Positions 58,760-64,000 of a stretch of 64,000 nucleotides of DNA are shown in pieces. The stretch is from assembly GCA_944383375.1 (NCBI GenBank), contig CALWPG010000004.1, forward strand, positions 42,423-106,422, given 5' to 3'. The notes under the pieces were generated by a model. That model saw nothing but the letters and a program-made list of their open reading frames with translations, was not told the origin of the DNA and did not search any database. The position numbers and the translations under genes are program-made. The stretch is from an uncultured Clostridia bacterium. Lineage in GTDB: Bacteria; Bacillota; Clostridia; Christensenellales; UBA1242. Numbering within the stretch: the stretch's first letter is position 1; each line of letters opens with the position of its first letter.

Positions 58760-58806
58760 AATCTGACAAAAAGTGAAATTTTTCAACATTTTTTGCAAAT
58801 AGTTTG

Positions 58807-58833
58807 TTGAAACCTGCTTTAGTATGTTAAAAT
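58807..58833 (+). promoter_or_regulatory. Putative extended -10 promoter of the RT gene
   Basis: TTGAAA, 15 nt, TGtTAAAAT. Leaves a ~20-nt leader with an AGGAG RBS. Confidence 0.35.
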
Positions 58834-58859
58834 TTAATATACTACAACAGGAGAAAATT

Positions 58860-60071
58860 ATGAATTTGGATTTTATTGGTCAAGTTGCTTTTTTCAAGAA
58901 AAAAACTGGCAACGATGTACGCAAACTTTGCAAATTTAAAAACAAATCAAGTATTGAATACAATGCATCTCTGAGCATAAAACAGATTTTAGAGCCACTT
59001 GTTGAAAAGGAAATGAGAGACATCAATGGCATGACAGAAAAATTTATGCGAAGATTAATGGCGAACAGAATGGGGCTTTTCACAATTGTCAAGTTTGATT
59101 TTAAGGACTTTTTCCCTTCCATTTCACTTCGCTATGCCTATGAATTTTTTATTAAAGACAAGATTAATGAAAAATACCACCCACTGTTTGAAAACTATGT
59201 GGAGAGTGTGAAATACAATCTTCAAGGTTTGCCGCCAAGCAGTAACTTTGCTGCAGTTATGGCAAAAGCCATGAAAGAGGGGATTTTTGCTTTCTTTAAA
59301 ATTGACGGACTTACAGATTGTTTTTATTATGATGATACTTTTGTCATGTTATTTAAAAAGCGCGTCAATCATATCTATATAAAATTTGGCATTGAAGAGT
59401 GTGTAAAAAATGTGTTTAACAAGAAAAATAGCTTTAAATACCAAAACAAAGTAAAAGTGAATAACGACAACGAAAAATATGTATATTTGAATGATGAAAA
59501 ACTTCCCTGCTCATTCAGCTGGCTTGGATATAAATTTGGAATAACCTATGGTTGGCAAGGCATTGGTATGACAATTGACATCGCAGATGAGATGATAGAA
59601 CATCTTCGCCAAAAGATTTTTGAAGCAGTAAGGTTAAACTATCCTGACACAGAAAAATTGCGACTAATGCTGTACTCCAGCACAAGAAACGTCGTCACAA
59701 AGATTGAAAAGCAAGGTCAGGACAACAGAAATGTCAGCATAACGCCATTCAAGTTCTATAAAAACTTGGTCAAATATAAAGAACTCATTGGAGAAAATAC
59801 AGTTCGCTTTTTGCAAGGTGTTGTAATTGATGCGTTCAGACAACAGACAATCGCGCTGCCATATTATCTATACGACCAAAAAATTGAAAGTGGCTACAAC
59901 ATTTGGCACAATCTTTTCTCACATAGAGCGATTGTTCTCAACAAAAAATTTGGATGGTCGTATCCAAAACTTTACAATATCCTAAAGAAACATACAAATT
60001 TGGACTTACATAACAAGCCATACAGTGAACTCGCAAAAATTTATATAGATAATTTTGTAATAAAATACTAA
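58860..60071 (+). CDS. Stand-alone reverse transcriptase (403 aa), unclassified Abi/UG-like
   Basis: RT motifs VKFDFKDFFPSI (motif 2), LQGLPPSSNFAAV (motif 3), CFYYDDTFVML (YxDD, motif 5) and SWLGYKF (motif 7). Start ATG 58860 follows AGGAG. Confidence 0.8.
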   Translation: MNLDFIGQVAFFKKKTGNDVRKLCKFKNKSSIEYNASLSIKQILEPLVEKEMRDINGMTEKFMRRLMANRMGLFTIVKFDFKDFFPSISLRYAYEFFIKDKINEKYHPLFENYVESVKYNLQGLPPSSNFAAVMAKAMKEGIFAFFKIDGLTDCFYYDDTFVMLFKKRVNHIYIKFGIEECVKNVFNKKNSFKYQNKVKVNNDNEKYVYLNDEKLPCSFSWLGYKFGITYGWQGIGMTIDIADEMIEHLRQKIFEAVRLNYPDTEKLRLMLYSSTRNVVTKIEKQGQDNRNVSITPFKFYKNLVKYKELIGENTVRFLQGVVIDAFRQQTIALPYYLYDQKIESGYNIWHNLFSHRAIVLNKKFGWSYPKLYNILKKHTNLDLHNKPYSELAKIYIDNFVIKY

Positions 60072-60078
60072 AATCGTT

Positions 60079-60106
60079 TTGAAATAGTTAAAAACTGTGA
60101 TATCAT
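60079..60106 (+). promoter_or_regulatory. Putative extended -10 promoter just after the RT stop
   Basis: TTGAAA (60079-60084), 16 nt, TGaTATCAT (-10 at 60101-60106). Confidence 0.4.
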
Positions 60107-60112
60107 GTTGTC

Positions 60113-60200
60113 AAGGCTGCGAGAGCGGCTGAATTAAGAATTCGAAACAAAGTCACTGACGTTGTTTCATTCAGATGTTGCTTCGGCGACATCTTTTTTT
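60113..60200 (+). ncRNA. Candidate ~90-nt structured small RNA adjacent to the RT
   Basis: Hairpin 1 is GGCTGC-GAGA-GCGGCT (GNRA loop). Hairpin 2 is TGAAT..GAAACAA-11 nt-TTGTTTC-ATTCA. Hairpin 3 is GATGTTGC-TTCG-GCGACATC (UUCG loop) plus T7. Confidence 0.45.
60174..60200 (+). terminator. Rho-independent terminator (RT / small RNA unit)
   Basis: GATGTTGC-ttcg-GCGACATC followed by TTTTTTT. Confidence 0.8.
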
Positions 60201-60207
60201 ATGTAAT

Positions 60208-60575
60208 GAGATTCCTCGTCGTAAACTCCTCGGAATGACAGGAGTAGTGTCATGTCGAATTCCATTTTGTCATCCCGAATGTAGTGAGAGATCACAACCT
60301 TTTGTCATTTCGAGCGAAGCGAGAAATCTCAGCCTCATGTCATCCTGAGGAGCGACAGCGACGTGAGGATCTCGTGTACGCGCCCTGTGGGCGAGACTCC
60401 TCGCTTTTGGCTCGGAGTGACACGCTACTTCGCTTTTGTCATTTCGAAGTGCGTAGCACTGAGAAATCTCAGAGATTCCTCGTGGCAGAGCCACTCGGAA
60501 TGGCAATAGGTTGTACTGCCTCGGAACGACAGGATGAGTGCACTTTCAGAATGACTGTGGTGCCTAGAATGACAA
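60208..60575. repeat. Field of at least 7 hairpin repeats in both orientations (consensus GTC-AYYYC-GA-[variable stem-loop]-GA-GRRRT-CTC)
   Basis: Copies at 60208-60240 (rev), 60269-60293 (degenerate), 60304-60330, 60339-60373, 60393-60421 (rev), 60438-60470 and 60472-60504 (rev), with fragments to about 60575. Visibly GC-richer than the flanks. Confidence 0.8.
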
Positions 60576-60582
60576 TTGCAAG

Positions 60583-60613
60583 AAAAAATGTGGAATAAAT
60601 TCCACATTTTTTT
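60583..60613. terminator. Bidirectional terminator (ends the giant minus-strand gene)
   Basis: AAAAA-ATGTGGA-ataaat-TCCACAT-TTTTTT. Confidence 0.75.
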
Positions 60614-60626
60614 ACTTTAAATATTA

Positions 60627-63600
60627 TCAAATCCATCTTAAGGCACTCGTTGTGGCGTCTCCACGTACAAAACTCAAGCTACCGGTTGAGACTCTAAAGT
60701 AAGAAGAATAACTAGTTTGCATTGATGTTGGTATCATTGCTATCCAACCACGAGTAGATGCTCCAGTTAATGTTAAGGTCACTGATTTAGTATAACTAAT
60801 AATATTTAATCCATAATTTTGAACCATTTCTGGAGTAGACGATGATGAGGTATAAACATACAACGTACCAGTTATTGTTGGAAGACCATCTATGGTAATT
60901 TTCCCTTGATATGGAGAATTAATACTATATTGAGAACCTGTAATGTATGGAGAACCTTCAATATCCAAAGTTGTATTTGCTGACTTATTAATCGCTATAT
61001 TCGTATAATCTTCACCAACATTAGCACTACCAGATACGCTGATTGCAATACCTTTTGTTGAAGTGTTTGTAGAAGCAAAAATTGCTGTTGCTCCACCAAT
61101 AGTTCCACCACTAACATTTAAAGTCCCACCTATAGTATAAATACCATAAGTACTTCCCTTTGAGCCTATAATTGTAGGAACTGACGCACTTGATTGACTT
61201 ATTGTAATGGTTCCCACATTTGACGTGGAATTTCCATTATGTATAGCATAAGGACCATCAATGTACCCACCTTGAATAACTATAGTGCCATCACCATAGT
61301 TGAATATACCTTTCATTCTTGTTGGCATGGAGTATCCACATTGTATTGTACCACCAGTGATCATTACTGTGCCGTTGCTAGCATTGTACAATCCATATGC
61401 AGTGTTTGAATTTCCAATTGTACCACCATTAATAGTCACAGCATGAGCACCATTAGCTCCATTATAAACTCCAGTACCTGCCAAAATCACAGTTGGTGTT
61501 TGGTCTGAAGTTTGGTCTATGGTAATAGTACCAGAACTAGTTGATCCATGGCCATTTCGAATTCCAGTAGATGATGCATTAATAGTACCACCATTAAAGT
61601 TCACGGAGCCGTTGCCATAATTGTATATACCATTTCCTGAGGAGCCGGCTGTCAATGTTCCACCATTTACAGTGATATTTCCGGTTGAATTGTTGTAAAT
61701 AGCATTTCCACAAGCAGAACCACCAATGTCACCATCTGTTACTGTGACTTTACCAGTGGAGTTATTAAATACTCCATAAGATGCTGTTCCATTTCCGATT
61801 GTTCCACCCGAAATTGTGACAGCATTTGTTCTTGTGGAATTGTTATAAATTGCACTCTCAACCCCGTCAATATTCGCAGAATCAGAAACTGTAAGCATGC
61901 TATTGCTATTATTTAAAACAACGCCTCTGTAGCCATCTATGTGCCCTCCTGATATTGTAATACCACCAGGAGCATCACTATATACTCCAGCAAAACCATC
62001 AGTTTCAGCACCCGTAACTTGGCCTCCACTCACTACCACAGCTCCCACAAGTGTTGAGTAGTTATAAATTCCATAATTACCACTAATTGAGGCTGTACTA
62101 GAAACAGTGATTACACCATCAGCATTTAGAATTCCATAGTAACCATTAGCCTCACCTGCTGAGATAGTTACATTTCCCGATACGTTGTATATTGCACTAC
62201 AATCTGCTGAAGTAGAACTTTGTATTAATCCACCTAAAATTAAAATTTCTCCAGTTGAATCATTATAAACACCATAAGTGCTTGACGTGGAACCGATTGT
62301 TCCGCCTGAGATTGTGACTGCATATTGACTACCTGTTGGTGATGAGTAATTTTCTATTGCATTGTCAACAGCATTAATAACAGTTGGATAGGTACTACTT
62401 GCTTGGCTAATCGTTACTGTGCCAGTAGTTGTTGAAGCAGTACTACCATTCACAATGGCTCGTGAACCAGTAATTGTCCCTCCAGTTATTTCAACTGAAC
62501 CATTTCCATAGTTCACCACAGCAATACCTTTAACATCACCAGTCGGATCATTTGCAGCTGTTATCGTTGATGAGCCTGAAATAGTTACAGTTCCACTCTC
62601 ATTTTGAATTGTCTCCATAGGAGCACTTACTTGCGAATTATTAATTTTTAAAATTCCGTTGTTTGTATTTGTAATCGCACTAGTAAGACAAATTATAGTA
62701 TTGTTATCAATGAAATTCAATTCTCCATTATCGTTCGTTATAGGCAGCATTGATGTTATTTCTGAGTCAGCAAATTCCATGTATCCACTATTATTAACAA
62801 AAGCAGGACCTAGAGGTGATTCTAAAGTAGAGCCAGAAACTGTAACGGTCCCTTGATTGTTAGTAATAGCACCTAACCTTACACTTGTAGTAGGTACATC
62901 TATGTAACAATTAATAACATTCAGAGTGCTGCTAGTGACAGTAATGGCACCATCAATACTTAACTGAGCACTTCCGCCACCCAAGGTGAGGGTGCTTGCT
63001 GTTTGAGTTATGTTTCCTGTCACGGTGACTGCTGAATTACTTATTATTGTAAGAGGTATGCCGACAAGAGCAGTGTCAGTTGTGTGATTACGTTGAACAA
63101 TTAAAATATCGTTATTTTCAGCAAACTTTGTTGCATCGGCTAATTGTGCGTATGAAATAGATCTTGTTTGGTTGCGCACATTTGCAACTCCAAGGCAAAG
63201 GTCACTTGTGCCATTTAGGTACAATGACTCAGAAACTATTCCCAGTCTGAAATGATAGCCCCAATCTAGTGCTGTGTCGGTATTTTCATAATATGCAAGA
63301 TATGTTCCATCTGTTTGAGCGCTTTCAGTAATTTCAATATCTCTCGTAGTAAAAGTTCCTTCAATAACCACACCAAAATTGTTGCTTGTTGTGTTTGAAA
63401 ATGAAGTTGTACTTGACCTTGCTCTGATGCTTGAAATTGTAGGTGAACCTGTAAGTCTCAACCAACCACCATCATTCATGTCTATGCTATAGTAACCGCT
63501 AATTGATCCACCACTAACAGTTACTGTTCCGTTTGAACTATCAATACCAGAATAACTGGATGAAGAACTACCTGTAATTGTTCCGCCCTGTACATCTATT

Positions 63601-64000
63601 GCATTTTCACTAGTGCCTTGATTAATAATTCCGTATCTTGTTCCTGTGATTTGTGTTGATGTTCCACTTATAGTTACAGTGGCATTACTTCCCTGATTAA
63701 ATATACCCGAATTTCCACTAATGGTTCCACCAGTGATTGTTAAATCACCAGAATTATTAATTGCATAAGCGCCATAAGCTGTTCCACTTTGAATTGTACC
63801 ATTTTGAATTTGGACTACTGCTGATGATGAAACATTCCATATTCCTATATTGGTTCCAGTAATTGATGTATTTGCACCTGAAATCATAACTTCAGCAGTT
63901 GAAGTATCAGAACCATCTCCATTTTGGATTCCTCGATAACCTGTCAATGTACCACCAGTTATGGATACTGCTCCATCAAAATTAACCAAAGCAGTAAACG
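60627..64000 (-). CDS. Very large secreted/surface protein with beta-helix-type Gly/Thr/Ser/Asn repeats (C-terminal part; N-terminus lies beyond the window)
   Basis: The frame stays open to the window edge. Dozens of ~30-aa repeats of the form (V/I)T(I/V)SGGTIxGxxxGIxNxxxGxV. Confidence 0.8.
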   Translation of the reverse strand, partial: FTALVNFDGAVSITGGTLTGYRGIQNGDGSDTSTAEVMISGANTSITGTNIGIWNVSSSAVVQIQNGTIQSGTAYGAYAINNSGDLTITGGTISGNSGIFNQGSNATVTISGTSTQITGTRYGIINQGTSENAIDVQGGTITGSSSSSYSGIDSSNGTVTVSGGSISGYYSIDMNDGGWLRLTGSPTISSIRARSSTTSFSNTTSNNFGVVIEGTFTTRDIEITESAQTDGTYLAYYENTDTALDWGYHFRLGIVSESLYLNGTSDLCLGVANVRNQTRSISYAQLADATKFAENNDILIVQRNHTTDTALVGIPLTIISNSAVTVTGNITQTASTLTLGGGSAQLSIDGAITVTSSTLNVINCYIDVPTTSVRLGAITNNQGTVTVSGSTLESPLGPAFVNNSGYMEFADSEITSMLPITNDNGELNFIDNNTIICLTSAITNTNNGILKINNSQVSAPMETIQNESGTVTISGSSTITAANDPTGDVKGIAVVNYGNGSVEITGGTITGSRAIVNGSTASTTTGTVTISQASSTYPTVINAVDNAIENYSSPTGSQYAVTISGGTIGSTSSTYGVYNDSTGEILILGGLIQSSTSADCSAIYNVSGNVTISAGEANGYYGILNADGVITVSSTASISGNYGIYNYSTLVGAVVVSGGQVTGAETDGFAGVYSDAPGGITISGGHIDGYRGVVLNNSNSMLTVSDSANIDGVESAIYNNSTRTNAVTISGGTIGNGTASYGVFNNSTGKVTVTDGDIGGSACGNAIYNNSTGNITVNGGTLTAGSSGNGIYNYGNGSVNFNGGTINASSTGIRNGHGSTSSGTITIDQTSDQTPTVILAGTGVYNGANGAHAVTINGGTIGNSNTAYGLYNASNGTVMITGGTIQCGYSMPTRMKGIFNYGDGTIVIQGGYIDGPYAIHNGNSTSNVGTITISQSSASVPTIIGSKGSTYGIYTIGGTLNVSGGTIGGATAIFASTNTSTKGIAISVSGSANVGEDYTNIAINKSANTTLDIEGSPYITGSQYSINSPYQGKITIDGLPTITGTLYVYTSSSSTPEMVQNYGLNIISYTKSVTLTLTGASTRGWIAMIPTSMQTSYSSYFRVSTGSLSFVRGDATTSALRWI

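Noticed and set aside
58671-60200. Retron (msr/msd) or DGR (TR/VR) organisation around the RT.
   Set aside because: There are no inverted a1/a2 repeats bracketing an upstream ncRNA with a conserved branching G context. The RT has no VTG or NAxxH motifs. No ~100-bp template/variable repeat pair with A-specific differences is visible in the window.
60208-60575. Possible CRISPR array.
   Set aside because: The repeats are degenerate, occur in both orientations and are irregularly spaced. There are no constant-length unique spacers and no cas genes nearby.
60270-60607. ORFs 60270-60506 (minus), 60284-60598 (plus) and 60425-60607 (minus).
   Set aside because: They are translations of the hairpin-repeat field, open in several frames on both strands, with no RBS. 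Their peptides are built from repeat-derived strings.
1-64000. Alternative genetic code (TGA = Trp), as in Mollicutes-like AT-rich genomes.
   Set aside because: All long conserved genes (PFOR, ClpC, IleRS, PPDK) are uninterrupted under the standard code and end at sensible positions relative to homologues.

Overview
The window is AT-rich, uses the standard genetic code and is densely packed. It looks like the chromosome of a low-GC, spore-forming Firmicute, judged from ylmC/ymxH, the yqfC-yqfD-ybeY-era-yqzL-recO block, mcsA-mcsB-clpC, PFOR and PPDK. Most of it is housekeeping: rplM-rpsI, truA, trxB, nrdR, five aminoacyl-tRNA synthetases (trpS, ileS, alaS, proS, gltX), RNA-modification enzymes, a MacB-type ABC pair and a czcD/arsR metal module. 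Several accessory patches stand out against this core. (1) A compact, unclassified reverse transcriptase (58860-60071) has a promoter- and terminator-bounded three-hairpin small RNA right after its stop codon. Both sit inside a GC-richer field of hairpin repeats whose stems covary. (2) A minimal RiPP operon next to tRNA-Arg has a 25-aa Cys/Trp peptide missing from the ORF track (48329-48406) and an RRE-radical SAM/SPASM enzyme fused to a GNAT-like domain. (3) tRNA-Leu(CAA) is followed by two identical 197-bp tandem units. Each unit regenerates the tRNA 3' 47 nt and carries a structured segment antisense to the anticodon arm. (4) A Fic toxin has an unannotated VbhA-like partner gene. (5) There is a collagen-like GXT-repeat protein, and separately a Cys/Pro-rich small protein. 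(6) A partial surface protein of more than 1120 aa, built of beta-helix-type repeats, runs off the window. All calls come from reading the sequence and motifs by eye. No database searches were run.
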